Shown piece by piece: positions 5,092 to 5,196 of a DNA stretch of 5,196 nucleotides. Made by a program: the position numbers and the translations under genes. The DNA comes from Escherichia coli (GTDB lineage: Bacteria; Pseudomonadota; Gammaproteobacteria; Enterobacterales; Enterobacteriaceae): NCBI RefSeq assembly GCF_003334335.1, contig NZ_QOWQ01000077.1; one strand, 5' to 3'. The notes below the pieces were generated by a model. That model did no database searches and was not told the DNA's origin. It saw only the letters and a list, made by a program, of their open reading frames with translations. How positions within the stretch are numbered: position 1 is the stretch's first letter; each line of letters starts with the position of its first letter.

Positions 5092-5196
5092 TTATCTCTC
5101 TGTGCTATTTTCTACTTCAAAGCGTGTCTGGATGCTGTTCTGGAGTTCTTCTGCGAGTTCGTGCAGCTTCTCACACATGGTAGCCTGTTCGTCAGC
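5092..5196 (-). CDS. rom: Rom/Rop, 3-prime portion (stop at 5092..5094); continues as feature 1..167 across the circular junction
   Basis: Same reading frame as feature 1..167; reverse-complement translation ends ...QTRFEVENSTER*. Positions 5120..5196 duplicate 1..77. Confidence 0.85.
   Translation of the reverse strand, partial: ADEQATMCEKLHELAEELQNSIQTRFEVENSTER
5120..5196. repeat. Terminal 77-bp exact duplicate of window positions 1..77 (circular-plasmid linearisation overlap, not a biological repeat)
   Basis: aagcgtgtctggatgctgttctggagttcttctgcgagttcgtgcagcttctcacacatggtagcctgttcgtcagc occurs at 1..77 and 5120..5196. Implied unit length is 5,119 bp. Confidence 0.9.

Overview
The window is a complete, circularly permuted small ColE1-type colicinogenic plasmid of about 5,119 bp: positions 5120..5196 repeat positions 1..77 exactly. 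I read the following directly from the sequence: (i) an SOS-regulated colicin operon at 2235..4302, with a 490-aa pore-forming colicin whose C-terminal channel domain is colicin E1-like (best recalled match colicin 10), a convergent 96-aa membrane immunity gene, and a 43-aa lysis lipoprotein gene that the ORF track missed, ending in a rho-independent terminator; (ii) a ColE1/pMB1-type replicon with the RNA II primer on the + strand, antisense RNA I, and a downstream block near-identical to pBR322, but with diverged RNA I stem-loops; (iii) rom/rop on the - strand, split across the window boundary; (iv) a bom/oriT-like region followed by a small MbeC/MobC-like ribbon-helix-helix gene, with no relaxase gene anywhere on the plasmid; (v) a cer-type multimer resolution site with a canonical XerC/XerD core; (vi) between cer and the colicin promoter, three small genes I cannot assign to a known family (a 142-aa lipoprotein, a 92-aa secreted coiled-coil-like protein, a 105-aa basic putative DNA-binding protein). 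This last cluster is the best candidate for something undescribed. All homology statements come from recalled sequences, not database searches.
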